The notes: generated by a model not told the origin, from the sequence alone. A stretch of DNA of 37,147 nt from an uncultured bacterium (GCA_964449065.1 CAYVAZ010000009.1:1-37147); one strand, 5' to 3'. Counted from the first letter of the stretch, positions 17,589 through 27,743 are shown. Translations and numbers: made by a program.

Positions 17589-18026
17589 ATGGACCGTTCT
17601 TCCAGCATGAAACTTATCGATCTACTGGCGCTTCGTCCGGGTACATTTTTGTGCCGGAACGCGGTGACCGGCGAAGCGGTGTGCAAAGAAGTACAATCCA
17701 TCTTTCAATATGCCGACTGGCAGGAGGAAGTGTCTCAGGCGGCATTTCCTGATTCTTCCGCCGTGAAATTGCAAAATTTTCAAAAACTGCTGGATATACC
17801 GATTGCCGCGCATTTGGTGCTTCGACATTCGTCTCGGAATGTAGTGGAAATGCTTCGTTTCACGCCAAGATTATGGACGCTGTTGGAAGAAAAGGTAGGA
17901 TGTGAGGCTGATATAATGGCGGATAGCAAGTTGATCGCAAGCGGCCGGGTGGATATCATCGAAACGCATGTCGGAATTCACATCCAAAAAAATTATTGCT
18001 GGCGCGATAAACTGCATTGCAATTAA
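17589..18026 (+). CDS. Divergent FliM/FliN C-terminal (SPOA)-like protein
   Basis: LLDIPI..HLVL...ADIMADSKLIASGRVDII..HVGIHI aligns by eye with the FliN domain of the preceding gene. Confidence 0.6.
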   Translation: MDRSSSMKLIDLLALRPGTFLCRNAVTGEAVCKEVQSIFQYADWQEEVSQAAFPDSSAVKLQNFQKLLDIPIAAHLVLRHSSRNVVEMLRFTPRLWTLLEEKVGCEADIMADSKLIASGRVDIIETHVGIHIQKNYCWRDKLHCN

Positions 18027-18044
18027 ATAAAACCGCTTTATAAT
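18017..18044 (+). promoter_or_regulatory. Candidate internal sigma70 promoter upstream of fliO
   Basis: TTGCAA-16 nt-TATAAT at the start of the 111-bp gap before fliO. Confidence 0.45.
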
Positions 18045-18137
18045 GAGAAGATTGAAACGATGCGTTTCATGGGTTGAATTTATCTATTTTTGGTTGAGGG
18101 ACTGCAAAGCGTTTGATCGTTTTGCGGTTAAAAAAGC

Positions 18138-18872
18138 ATGGCGTACATTACGATTCACCAAAACAGGTGTGTTAATCTGTTTTGTGTTTTCATTCTATTT
18201 TTCTCTCTAACTCCCCTTAATATTAGGGCTGAGGGTGATGGTGTATCCTCCGCTTCCCCGTCCATACAAAATGCTTCTGCATCTTCTGCAACCTCAAATG
18301 CCAGTCAGTCTATGATTGACGACATCTTCAACCGGGCGTTTGAAGAAGCCGGTTCCAATTCTTTGCAGCAAACCAATCCGGAAAGCACTCTTTCTCTTGA
18401 AAGTTCCAGTTCGGTAAGCCAATCGATTGGCAATATGCTTATCAGTCTGGCATTTGTTATTATGATCGGGTTGGGTATCGCTTGGTTGATGCGGCGTTAT
18501 GTTGTGAAGGATTCCAATCTGGGAGGCGGAAAGATCAAGTTGGTCGCCTCGTTCGCGCTCTCTCAAAAATCAAAGGTGCATTTAATTCAAATCGGCCATC
18601 AGACCTTTCTGGTGGGCGAAGGCGCGAATGAACTGAACATGCTCTCGGAAGTGGATACGGGAACGACGGACATCCGTCAGTTGGAAGCCTTGGCATCCAC
18701 CGGCACGGATGAACCGGTTCAGCATCCGCAGAACGGCGGCTTTCAAGAAAAACTCAATCAATGGACCAGCGCGTTAAAAAGTAAGGATATGCAAAGCGAA
18801 GTGAACACGAGTCTTCTGCTGTTGGGCGGCTTGGCGCAACGGCTACGCAATAAGCGGGAGGGACGTGAATGA
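18138..18872 (+). CDS. fliO: Flagellar biosynthesis protein FliO/FliZ-like
   Basis: TM followed by IKLVASFALSQKSKVHLIQIG..FLVG; lies directly before fliP. Confidence 0.85.
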   Translation: MAYITIHQNRCVNLFCVFILFFSLTPLNIRAEGDGVSSASPSIQNASASSATSNASQSMIDDIFNRAFEEAGSNSLQQTNPESTLSLESSSSVSQSIGNMLISLAFVIMIGLGIAWLMRRYVVKDSNLGGGKIKLVASFALSQKSKVHLIQIGHQTFLVGEGANELNMLSEVDTGTTDIRQLEALASTGTDEPVQHPQNGGFQEKLNQWTSALKSKDMQSEVNTSLLLLGGLAQRLRNKREGRE

Positions 18873-19771
18873 AACGACTGAACTGGAACGAAATGGCGAT
18901 CTTCATGCATCAGGCTGCGAATACATTATTATCGAATGGCGCGGCACGATTCGGCCTTTTGACCGGTCTCATGATAACCGGACTCGTCCAAAATGGTTTT
19001 GCGCAAGAGATTCCGATTGTTTCAAGCGTGGGCCGGGGGGAAGACCCGAATCCGGATGATATATCCATCACGCTGCAAATTTTATTTATGCTCACGGTGC
19101 TTTCGGTACTGCCGAGCATTTTGCTGATGACCACATCCTTTATCCGTATATCGATTGTGCTGGGGTTGCTGCGCAGGGCGATTGGAACGCAACAAACGCC
19201 GTCCAACCAGATCATCATTGGGCTGTCATTGTTTATGACCTTTTTCATTATGGCGCCGGTCATGGACCGCATCCATCAAGAAGCCATTCTTCCCTACTTC
19301 AATGATGAAATCACGGCATTGGAGCCGGGGGAGGTTGATCCCTACGGCCGCGTGGTTGCCGATGGCGATAAAATCCCCAAGTTTTATGTGATGCTGATGC
19401 GGGCATCGGTGCCGATTCGGGAATTTATGTGGCTGCAGATTGGATATGAAGGGTCTTCGGACGTCGCCATGTTCATGAACATGGCCAAGATGGACAAACC
19501 CAACAACGCCAACGATGTGCCGATGCATGTGCTGATTCCCGCCTTTATGATTAGCGAACTTAAAAAAGCCTTCATGATGGGCTTTATGATTTTTATTCCG
19601 TTTTTAATTCTTGATATTGTGACCTCATCGGTTCTGATTTCGATGGGGATGTTTCAGTTGCCCCCCGCGTTCATTTCGCTTCCCTTCAAAATCTTACTGT
19701 TTGTATTGGTGGACGGTTGGAGTGTCTTGGTGCGGGCGCTGGGCGACTCGTTTTTTCAAAACATGGCGTAA
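18869..19771 (+). CDS. fliP: Flagellar export gate protein FliP
   Basis: MTTSFIRI.IVL..LR.A.GTQQTP.NQ, PAFMISELK.AF, SLPFKILLFVLVDGW. Start uncertain. Confidence 0.97.
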   Translation: MKRLNWNEMAIFMHQAANTLLSNGAARFGLLTGLMITGLVQNGFAQEIPIVSSVGRGEDPNPDDISITLQILFMLTVLSVLPSILLMTTSFIRISIVLGLLRRAIGTQQTPSNQIIIGLSLFMTFFIMAPVMDRIHQEAILPYFNDEITALEPGEVDPYGRVVADGDKIPKFYVMLMRASVPIREFMWLQIGYEGSSDVAMFMNMAKMDKPNNANDVPMHVLIPAFMISELKKAFMMGFMIFIPFLILDIVTSSVLISMGMFQLPPAFISLPFKILLFVLVDGWSVLVRALGDSFFQNMA

Positions 19772-19795
19772 TAACCGCCGGATGGAGAGAGTGCT

Positions 19796-20065
19796 ATGAA
19801 CGAATTGTTTGTCATTGAATTGGGCCAACTCATGATGTCGAAGGCGCTGTTGATCAGCCTGCCGTTGTTGGGAGTTGGACTGATTATCGGGGTTTTGATC
19901 AGTATTTTTCAAGCCGCCACACAAATCAACGAACAAACGTTAACCATCGTGCCAAAGTTATTGCTGGTGGGCGTGACGTTGATGGTCTTGATGCCCTGGC
20001 TGATTCAGGAGATGTCTGACCTCACGCTGCGGTTGTTTAACGAACTGCCCAAAGTCGCACGGTAA
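19796..20065 (+). CDS. fliQ: Flagellar export gate protein FliQ
   Basis: SIFQAATQINEQTL..VPK. Confidence 0.97.
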   Translation: MNELFVIELGQLMMSKALLISLPLLGVGLIIGVLISIFQAATQINEQTLTIVPKLLLVGVTLMVLMPWLIQEMSDLTLRLFNELPKVAR

Positions 20066-20084
20066 ACGCGAATAAGGATTTGGT

Positions 20085-20918
20085 ATGAACTTGCTGCCCG
20101 CGGAATACGGAGCGTTGTTTGTCACCTTTTTTTTGGTGTATGTGCGCGTGGCGGCCATGATTGTGGTTATGCCGGTGTTAAGCAATGAAACGGTCATGAT
20201 GCCGGTTAAAGCGGGATTGGCGTTTTGGGTGGCGGTGATCATCATGGCGCCTTATATGGGATTGAATGAAGCGGAGTTTGAAGCCGCCTTCCCGATTGTG
20301 AAAGACAAAATTCCCGGCTTAATGGGGTTAACGTTGGCTGTGGTTAGTGAAATGATCATCGGCTTTACGATGGGCTTTGTCGGCCAGGTATTGCTGGTGG
20401 CGATCAGTATTTCCGGAGAGGTGATTGGCCAACAGGCAGGCTTTTCGGCGGCCTCGGTTTTAGATCCGGTAACCGGACAGGACGCGTTTCTGATGGCCAC
20501 CATCAAGTTATGGTTCGCGACCATCATTTTTGTTGTGATCGGCGGCATCGAAACCGGGTTGCAAATCTTGGCGAAAAGTTTTGAGGTGGTGATTCCCGGC
20601 GCGGGGTTTACGATCGATGGGTTGGGCAATATGGGGTATGAAGTGTTCAATTACCAATCGCTCGGTTCATTAATGTATGAGTTGGGTGTGCACATCGCGG
20701 CGCCGATGATTGCCGCAATGGTGTTAATTAGTGTGGCGGAAGCGTTTATCGCCCGGACGGTTCCGCAACTGAATATTCTGGTTGTCGGGTTTGCGGTTCG
20801 GATTGGAATCGGGCTCTTTTTGCTTCACAACATGATGATATTTACCACGGAAAAATTCCGGCTGCACATGGATAATTACGCGTTTTATGCCCTGTCGGCA
20901 TTGACCTATTTGCAGTGA
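20085..20918 (+). CDS. fliR: Flagellar export gate protein FliR
   Basis: E.IIG..MG, GEVIGQQAGF, ARTVPQLNILVVGF. Confidence 0.95.
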   Translation: MNLLPAEYGALFVTFFLVYVRVAAMIVVMPVLSNETVMMPVKAGLAFWVAVIIMAPYMGLNEAEFEAAFPIVKDKIPGLMGLTLAVVSEMIIGFTMGFVGQVLLVAISISGEVIGQQAGFSAASVLDPVTGQDAFLMATIKLWFATIIFVVIGGIETGLQILAKSFEVVIPGAGFTIDGLGNMGYEVFNYQSLGSLMYELGVHIAAPMIAAMVLISVAEAFIARTVPQLNILVVGFAVRIGIGLFLLHNMMIFTTEKFRLHMDNYAFYALSALTYLQ

Positions 20919-20959
20919 TCCTGAACGGGGATTTGACCCCCGTCTGAGTAGAGGTTGGT

Positions 20960-22039
20960 ATGGCGGAATCTGAAAGCGGACAAGAGAAAACAGAGGCGGC
21001 GACACCGCGAAAACGCGAGCAGGCCCGGGAAGAAGGGCAAGTTCCCAAGAGCATGGATACCAACACCGCATTTATGTTGGTGGCCGGCGTGGTGGCCTTT
21101 TATCTGTACGGGCCCTCCATGTATATGAATTTGAAAGAGTATATCCGGTTTTACTTCGAAGAATCCGCGACCAAAGTCATCAACGATGTTTCGGTTTTCG
21201 GGATCATGATGGATGTGGGATTGAAGGTGCTGTATTTGGTGGCGCCGTTTTTTATCATTTTTTTTCTGACGGCATTGGCCATTAATTATGTGCAAGTGGG
21301 ATTTTTATTGTCCGGCAAAGCCTTGCAGCCGAAGTTTAACCGCATCAACCCGATTGAAGGCATCAAGCGCTTGTTCTCGCTGCGCAGCGTGGTGGAATTG
21401 CTGAAATCCATGGGCAAGATGTTCATCATCGCCCCCGTCATGATTTATACCATCTACTCATTGCTGGATACGATGCCGGATGTCATGAACTTGGAGGTGT
21501 TGGAAATTCTTCGGTATATCGGAATGAACGCGCTGGATTTGGCGATCCGGGCATTGATTATTTTGATTGTTCTGGCGTTGATTGATTTTACGTATCAGCG
21601 GTGGCAGTTTGAAAAAGATCAACGGATGACCAAAGAAGAAGTCAAGCAGGAAATGAAAGACGTGCAGGGGGATCCGCAAATTAAAGCGCGCATTCGGTCC
21701 ATCCAGCAGGAAATGTCGCGCAAACGCATGATGCAGGAAGTGCCCGAAGCGGATGTTGTGGTCACCAACCCGACCGAATACGCCATTGCCTTGAAGTACG
21801 TCGCGGGGGAAATGGACGCGCCAAGAGTTATTGCAAAAGGGCGGGGGGCAATCGCCATGAAAATCCGCGAGATCGCGCTGGAAAGTTCAGTGCCGATAGT
21901 GGAAAACCGTTACCTGGCGCAATCCTTATATAAGTTGGTCGAAGTCGGTGGATCGATTCCGGCTGAAATGTTCCAAGCGGTGGCGGAAGTATTGGCGTAT
22001 GTATACCGCTTAAACAACCGGTCGTATCAATCGGCCTAG
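20960..22039 (+). CDS. flhB: Flagellar export protein FlhB
   Basis: EKTEAATPRK..AREEGQ, RMTKEEVKQE.K...GDPQIK, TNPT autocleavage loop. Confidence 0.97.
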   Translation: MAESESGQEKTEAATPRKREQAREEGQVPKSMDTNTAFMLVAGVVAFYLYGPSMYMNLKEYIRFYFEESATKVINDVSVFGIMMDVGLKVLYLVAPFFIIFFLTALAINYVQVGFLLSGKALQPKFNRINPIEGIKRLFSLRSVVELLKSMGKMFIIAPVMIYTIYSLLDTMPDVMNLEVLEILRYIGMNALDLAIRALIILIVLALIDFTYQRWQFEKDQRMTKEEVKQEMKDVQGDPQIKARIRSIQQEMSRKRMMQEVPEADVVVTNPTEYAIALKYVAGEMDAPRVIAKGRGAIAMKIREIALESSVPIVENRYLAQSLYKLVEVGGSIPAEMFQAVAEVLAYVYRLNNRSYQSA

Positions 22040-22052
22040 GGACGGAGCGTAA

Positions 22053-24191
22053 ATGGCAGACGCAGCCGCAAACAACAAGTTATTTTCCGCGAAGCAAATC
22101 GCCAACCTGAGTGTGGCGCTTGGGTTTATCGGTGTGCTCGCGATTATGATTGCGTATGTGCCCCCGGGGCTGATGTCAATGTTTTTGGTGATCGATATTT
22201 CCGTCAGTTTGATGATCCTGATGATGGCGCTGTATCTGAACGATCCATTGGAATTTACCACCTTTCCGACGGTGTTGCTGTTTGTTACCTTTTTCCGGTT
22301 GTCACTCAATGTGGCCTCGACCAAGCTGATTCTCACGCCGGGTACCGGTGTGAGTGTGAACGAAAAGGCCGGGGCGGTGATTTACTTTTTTGGAGAAGTG
22401 GTTGCGGGGAACAACGCGATTATCGGTTTTGTGGTGTTTTTGATATTGGTTATCATTCAGTTTATCGTGATTACCAAGGGATCAGGCCGGATCGCCGAAG
22501 TCGCGGCCCGGTTTACCTTGGATGCGATGCCCGGGAAGCAGATGGCGATCGACGCGGACTTAAACGCGGGACTCATAACCGAGCAAGAAGCCCGCCAGCG
22601 CCGTTCCGCCATTACCCAAGAAGCTGATTTCTATGGGTCGATGGACGGTGCCAGCAAATTCGTTCGCGGCGATGCGATTGCAGGTATTATCATCACAGCG
22701 ATTAATCTTGTGGGCGGATTTATCGTCGGGTTTACCGAAAATATGGAAGTCGCAAGTATTTTAGAAACCTACACCTTGCTCACCATTGGGGATGGATTGG
22801 TCAGCCAAATTCCCGCGTTGCTGGTTTCCATCGCGGCCGGTGTTGTGGTATCGCGCGCTTCGGATTCGCAAGGCTTGGGGGAAAGTTTAAGCCTTCAATT
22901 TATGAATAAACCGGAAGCGATGATGGTGGCTTCGGCGGCTTTGTTTTTAACCGCATCGTTGGGAATGGCGGTCAGCCCGGGGATAGTCATGCCGTTTTTG
23001 TTGATGGCATTTTTGCTGGGCGGCGGCGCGGTGTATTTGCGTATGATGCAGAATCGCGAATATGAGCGGACCCTGGAAGAAGAAAAAGCAAAAGAGGAAG
23101 AAGTGCCACCCGAACCCGAACAAGTGGAATCGTTATTGGAAGTGGATCCGATGGAAATTGAAATCGGTTTTGGCTTAATTTCAATTGTGGATAGTTCACA
23201 GGGCGGCGATTTGCTGGACCGGGTGAGTGTAATCCGGCGGCAAACCGCTGTGGAGATGGGGATTATCGTCCCGCCGATTCGGATTCGCGACAACATGCAG
23301 TTGCAGCCGCGGCAATACAGCATTCTGATTCGGGGGATCAAAGTGGCGGAAGGCGAAATCCGGCCGGAAAAATTGTTGGCCATTAAACCGGGCGGGGACA
23401 TGTCGGATGATATTCCCGGTGTGCAGGGAATCGAACCCGCGTTCGGCACACCGGCCAAATGGATTGATAAAGATGAACGCAACCGCGCGGAAATGGCGGG
23501 ATACAGTGTCGTAGAACCGGCTGCCGTGCTGGCAACCCATTTAACGGAAGTGATTAAATCTCATGCCGATGAACTGCTGGGCCGTCAGGAAGTACAGCAG
23601 TTGATCGACAATCTAAAAGAGCGCAACAGCGTGTTGGTCAACGAGTTGCTCGAAGCCTCAGCCGTAAAAGTGGGAACCATACAAAAGGTATTGCAAAACT
23701 TGCTGCGGGAACGCGTGCCGATCCGAAATTTAGAGTTGATCTTTGAAGCCATTGCGGATCACGCGGAAGCGACACAGATGAATCCGGACACCATTACAGA
23801 ATATTGCCGGATAAATTTGAACCGAATCATCACCAGTTTGTACACCGATACCGATGGACGTTTGCCGGTGGTCACCATCGATCCCAATATTGAAACCCGT
23901 ATTTTGGAGGGGATGCAGCGGGGTGGTGCGGCAGGAATATTGGCGACCGATCCGGCGTATGCAGAACGGGTGATTTCTCAAATCGAAAAGAATATTCAGG
24001 ATGCAATGACCGCGGGGCATCATCCGCTTGTATTGACGACTCCGCAGATTCGTTCCCATTTACGCCGGTTGTGTGAGCGGCGGATCCCGAACGTGATTGT
24101 CATGTCTTATAACGAGGTGGCGCCGGATGTGCAGGTATCTCGAATTGCTACAGTGAGGTTACAACATGAGGGTGAAAAAGTTTCAAGCTAA
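22053..24191 (+). CDS. flhA: Flagellar export protein FlhA
   Basis: RIAEVAARFTLDAMPGKQMAIDADL, FYGSMDGASKFVRGDAIAG. Confidence 0.98.
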   Translation: MADAAANNKLFSAKQIANLSVALGFIGVLAIMIAYVPPGLMSMFLVIDISVSLMILMMALYLNDPLEFTTFPTVLLFVTFFRLSLNVASTKLILTPGTGVSVNEKAGAVIYFFGEVVAGNNAIIGFVVFLILVIIQFIVITKGSGRIAEVAARFTLDAMPGKQMAIDADLNAGLITEQEARQRRSAITQEADFYGSMDGASKFVRGDAIAGIIITAINLVGGFIVGFTENMEVASILETYTLLTIGDGLVSQIPALLVSIAAGVVVSRASDSQGLGESLSLQFMNKPEAMMVASAALFLTASLGMAVSPGIVMPFLLMAFLLGGGAVYLRMMQNREYERTLEEEKAKEEEVPPEPEQVESLLEVDPMEIEIGFGLISIVDSSQGGDLLDRVSVIRRQTAVEMGIIVPPIRIRDNMQLQPRQYSILIRGIKVAEGEIRPEKLLAIKPGGDMSDDIPGVQGIEPAFGTPAKWIDKDERNRAEMAGYSVVEPAAVLATHLTEVIKSHADELLGRQEVQQLIDNLKERNSVLVNELLEASAVKVGTIQKVLQNLLRERVPIRNLELIFEAIADHAEATQMNPDTITEYCRINLNRIITSLYTDTDGRLPVVTIDPNIETRILEGMQRGGAAGILATDPAYAERVISQIEKNIQDAMTAGHHPLVLTTPQIRSHLRRLCERRIPNVIVMSYNEVAPDVQVSRIATVRLQHEGEKVSS

Positions 24192-25734
24192 ATCCATGCC
24201 CGAAGCGATGAGCATGGTCAAAACCGAATTGGGAGAGGAAGCGATTATCCTCCATTCGCGTGAAAAACATCCGGGAATTATGGGGTTGTTTCTGGGCCGG
24301 GGGGTTGAAGTGACCGCCGCGGTGGATTTAAAAGAAGCCGCGACCAAACAGCAACCCAAACAACACGCACCCGCGCCCCAACAACAGAAAGAAGTGGATG
24401 ACTTGCCCCCCATCCTTTCGGCCAAACCGCTTCGGCAAAAATCATCCGGCAGCAAATTCGATTTTAAGGTAGATGACGATACCAATGTGGATGAAGCCCC
24501 AAACCCCCTTTTGGAACTAACAAAGAAATTCCAAAGTGGAAATCCCAAGGAACCAAAAAAAGATTCATTCGATATGAAAACGGGGTTGCCGGAAATGCCC
24601 TTCTCCAAACCGCCGGTTCCGGAAGACCATCCCAGGATTGAGCGGCGTCTGTTTCAATTGGAGTCGCAATTAACAAAATTAACGGGGATGTTGGAGTCCT
24701 TATCGCCATCATTTGCAGGTGGCGGGGCGCCGTGTGTGCCGCCAAAAACGCGGGAGATATACAACCATTTGCTGGATCAGGATGTGGATGAATCGCTGGC
24801 ATTGAATATCGCAACCAAAATCGCGGAAACCACGGATGAGAATGACGATACTTGGACGGTATTAAAAACGCATTTGTTGGATAAGATTCCAACGGCGCAA
24901 CGAATCGAACTGGATGGAAATGCAAAGTCGCCCAAGATCGTGATGCTGGTGGGGCCGACAGGCGTCGGCAAGACCACCACATTGGCAAAGATTTCCGCGC
25001 AATACCGCTATGCGTTGGATAATAAATTTAAACCGAAAATTGTATTCATCACAGCGGATTTATACCGCTTGGCGGCCGTGGAACAATTGCAAAAGTATAC
25101 CGAAATCTTGGGAGTGGATTTGGAAGTAACCTACTCGCCGGAAGAAGTAACACAAGCGCTGAAGAAACATAAGGATGCCCATTTAATTTTGTTTGACACC
25201 GCCGGCACGGCACAACGCAATATGCCGCAGATCAGCACACTGTGCGGCATTGTTGACGCGGCGCAGCCGGCGGAAGTCCATCTGGTGCTCTCAGCCACAA
25301 CCAAATACAGCGACGCGGTGGATATCATCGATCACTTTAAAGACATGAAACCCACCCGGATTATCTTCAGCAAAGTGGATGAATCCACCACCTTCGGAAC
25401 AATACTGAATATCTGCGTGAAGTATCACATTCCCCTATCCTACCTTACCACCGGTCAAAACGTTCCCGAAGATATTGAAGGAGCGCGGCCGGAACGCATC
25501 GCGAAATTGCTGTTAACCAAACCCACGGTAAACCGTAGTATGAACGGGGATTTTGAAAAACATGGAGCGAAACGCGAAGACGCTGAACCCAAAGAAAAGG
25601 CAGACAAACTGTTTGAAGTGAAGAAGGAATCATCCAAAACCAAAGAAGCAGAAAACGGCAAAACAATTGATTTGCCGGTTGACGAACCGAAGCCAAAAGA
25701 GTGGCGCAATCCAGGGAAATCCGCACAGGCGTAA
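24166..25734 (+). CDS. flhF: Flagellar SRP-type GTPase FlhF
   Basis: MRVKKFQA.SM.EAM..VK.ELG.EAIIL, GPTGVGKTTTLAK, DTAG, KVDE, GQNVPEDI. Confidence 0.95.
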   Translation: MRVKKFQAKSMPEAMSMVKTELGEEAIILHSREKHPGIMGLFLGRGVEVTAAVDLKEAATKQQPKQHAPAPQQQKEVDDLPPILSAKPLRQKSSGSKFDFKVDDDTNVDEAPNPLLELTKKFQSGNPKEPKKDSFDMKTGLPEMPFSKPPVPEDHPRIERRLFQLESQLTKLTGMLESLSPSFAGGGAPCVPPKTREIYNHLLDQDVDESLALNIATKIAETTDENDDTWTVLKTHLLDKIPTAQRIELDGNAKSPKIVMLVGPTGVGKTTTLAKISAQYRYALDNKFKPKIVFITADLYRLAAVEQLQKYTEILGVDLEVTYSPEEVTQALKKHKDAHLILFDTAGTAQRNMPQISTLCGIVDAAQPAEVHLVLSATTKYSDAVDIIDHFKDMKPTRIIFSKVDESTTFGTILNICVKYHIPLSYLTTGQNVPEDIEGARPERIAKLLLTKPTVNRSMNGDFEKHGAKREDAEPKEKADKLFEVKKESSKTKEAENGKTIDLPVDEPKPKEWRNPGKSAQA

Positions 25735-25753
25735 GGCGGTAAGGTGATTGAAT

Positions 25754-27175
25754 ATGAATAGCGAACAATATGATCAAGCCGCGAAGCTGCGCGAACTGGC
25801 TTTGCAGGAGAATGAATTATCCAGTCCGGATCGTTCGGAACAAGAATCGAACACGGCTGTGTTGGATAAAGAAGAAATACAAGACTCCGCCTTCAAAACG
25901 CGCCGTGAGGTAAAAACGCCTTCTGAAAACCCACGCCCCAACAAGGCCGCTTTGACAAAGAGCGCAAAATCAAAGAAAGCGTTACGTAAAAAGAACAAGA
26001 ACGAAAAGCGTGTGGATGCGAAGAACGCTGCGCCATCTCTTCCGGTGAAGCAAACACCTAAACCATCCACAAAGCAAGAGCGGATTACGATGGATTTGCC
26101 GGTGTATAGCGAAAAAGACGCCGTGAGAGCCATCTTGCCACACGATCAACTAAAAGAGACGGAACAATACGATACAGAAACTTCAAAGCAGTCACCGGAC
26201 ATATCGAAACCATCGAATGGAAAGAAAGATGCAGAACCAGAACCTGCAACACCTGAGATGAAGCCCAAGCCGAAGTTTATTCCGAAATCGGAGCCAAAAC
26301 AAATTGAGATTCATCCCCCCAATGTACGGTTTAACTTTGAAACCACAACACAAGTGATTGCCGTAACAGGCGGCAAAGGCGGTGTGGGGAAATCGAACAT
26401 CGCGTGTAATTTAGGCATTTCGTTCAGCCGGGCAGGAAAAAAAGTCTTGTTGATGGATGCGGATATGTCGTTGGCGAATATCGATGTGCTTTTGGGTATG
26501 ACGCCGAAGTTTAATATTTCGCATGTGATTTCGGGTGAGAAAGAAGTGAACGATATTATTCTCCCCGGTCCGGGTGGGATTCAGATTTTGCCGGGTGGTT
26601 CGGGGGTGGAAGAACTCGCGCATTTGTCAACAGAAAGTATGACGCGGTTGTTTCAATCGCTGGCAAAATTAAAGCCGATGCCGGACATCTTTTTGCTGGA
26701 TACCGCTGCGGGGATTCACCCAAACGTCTTGCAGTTTGTCATGGCGTCCGATCAAGTGATTGTGGTGACCACACCGGAACCAACCGCGTATGTGGATGCG
26801 TATGCCCTCATCAAAACGCTGGTGCACCACGAACCGGATAAGGAGATTGGACTCTTAGTGAACATGGCCAAAGATTCACGCGAAGCCCTGCATGTAATCC
26901 GTTTATTGCTGCAACTGTGTAGAACAGCATTGAAAACCGGCTTTAACAACTTAGGCTTTATTCCCAAGGATGATGAAGTCTCGCGGGCGGTGCGCAATCA
27001 GCAGCCGTTTTTGCTGCGGTCGCCCAACAGTCCGGCATCCAAAGCCCTGCGCAACATCGCCTCGACCATTCTGCAAATCGAACCGAATGTGGAGCAAGGG
27101 CAAGGGGGGATAACCGGTTTCTTCAAACGGCTGTTTAAGGCACGCCAACCGGACCGCAAAGCCGCGGGATCGTAA
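25754..27175 (+). CDS. flhG: MinD-like ATPase FlhG/FleN with a long N-terminal insertion
   Basis: DQAAKLR, GKGGVGKS, DAD.SLAN.DVLLG, VVTTPEPT..DAYA.IK, C-terminal amphipathic GFFKRLF. AAGGTG RBS before ATG 25754. Confidence 0.9.
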   Translation: MNSEQYDQAAKLRELALQENELSSPDRSEQESNTAVLDKEEIQDSAFKTRREVKTPSENPRPNKAALTKSAKSKKALRKKNKNEKRVDAKNAAPSLPVKQTPKPSTKQERITMDLPVYSEKDAVRAILPHDQLKETEQYDTETSKQSPDISKPSNGKKDAEPEPATPEMKPKPKFIPKSEPKQIEIHPPNVRFNFETTTQVIAVTGGKGGVGKSNIACNLGISFSRAGKKVLLMDADMSLANIDVLLGMTPKFNISHVISGEKEVNDIILPGPGGIQILPGGSGVEELAHLSTESMTRLFQSLAKLKPMPDIFLLDTAAGIHPNVLQFVMASDQVIVVTTPEPTAYVDAYALIKTLVHHEPDKEIGLLVNMAKDSREALHVIRLLLQLCRTALKTGFNNLGFIPKDDEVSRAVRNQQPFLLRSPNSPASKALRNIASTILQIEPNVEQGQGGITGFFKRLFKARQPDRKAAGS

Positions 27176-27289
27176 AAGAAGTGATGGGTAATGGTTCTAT
27201 GATAATTTGTTTTCACTTTTGGATGTGTAATGTATCTGTGATAATTGAAATAGATTTAACACCGAATTCAACACTTGAAGGAAAGTGAT

Positions 27290-27538
27290 ATGCCCGCGAA
27301 ACATCCACTTTACAATAAGGAAGATTTTGCCCGGATCGGTGATGCCATATACGAACGGGAAATTCGTGATCAAGTGCAAGAAGGAAACACAGGGAAGTTT
27401 GTGGTTATTGATTTTGACTCCGGTGAATTCAAAATAGACACAGATGAGTTAGCAGCGTCCGACCGGTTAGTGGTTCGTGTTCCTGAAGCACAAGTTTGGC
27501 TCAAGCAAATTGGTTTCCGGTATGTCCGCAGCGTTTGA
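27290..27538 (+). CDS. Small conserved hypothetical protein of the type usually paired with a clan AA aspartic protease (C-terminus possibly altered)
   Basis: KEDFARIGDAIYEREIR..V..GN.GKFVVID.DSG.F; family recognised from memory only. GAAGGA RBS. Confidence 0.55.
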   Translation: MPAKHPLYNKEDFARIGDAIYEREIRDQVQEGNTGKFVVIDFDSGEFKIDTDELAASDRLVVRVPEAQVWLKQIGFRYVRSV

Positions 27539-27707
27539 AGATTATCTTCAAACGTGCGAAAAAATTAACCGCGCACCGCAAAAACCTTATTTCGGTCAAT
27601 TAATGTTGAGTGCCCCCCCCGAAGTTCATGCGGCAGTTGTTCAGGCAGCCAAGGAAGAAGGCAGAAGCATTAACCAATGGGCAACTGAATTTTTGGGGAT
27701 GCTGTGA
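27528..27707 (+). pseudogene. hicB: HicB-family antitoxin, C-terminal fragment
   Basis: EDYLQTCEK..R.PQKPY.G.LML..PPEVH.....A...GRSINQW (HicB with ribbon-helix-helix tail). The N-terminal half and hicA are missing. Confidence 0.7.
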
Positions 27708-27743
27708 ATCGATAGCGTAAACGATTCTTTTTCTGATGCAAAT

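Noticed and set aside
21768..21779. FlhB NPTE instead of NPTH
   Set aside because: The catalytic Asn-Pro is intact, and variation at the fourth position is not enough to claim a functional change.
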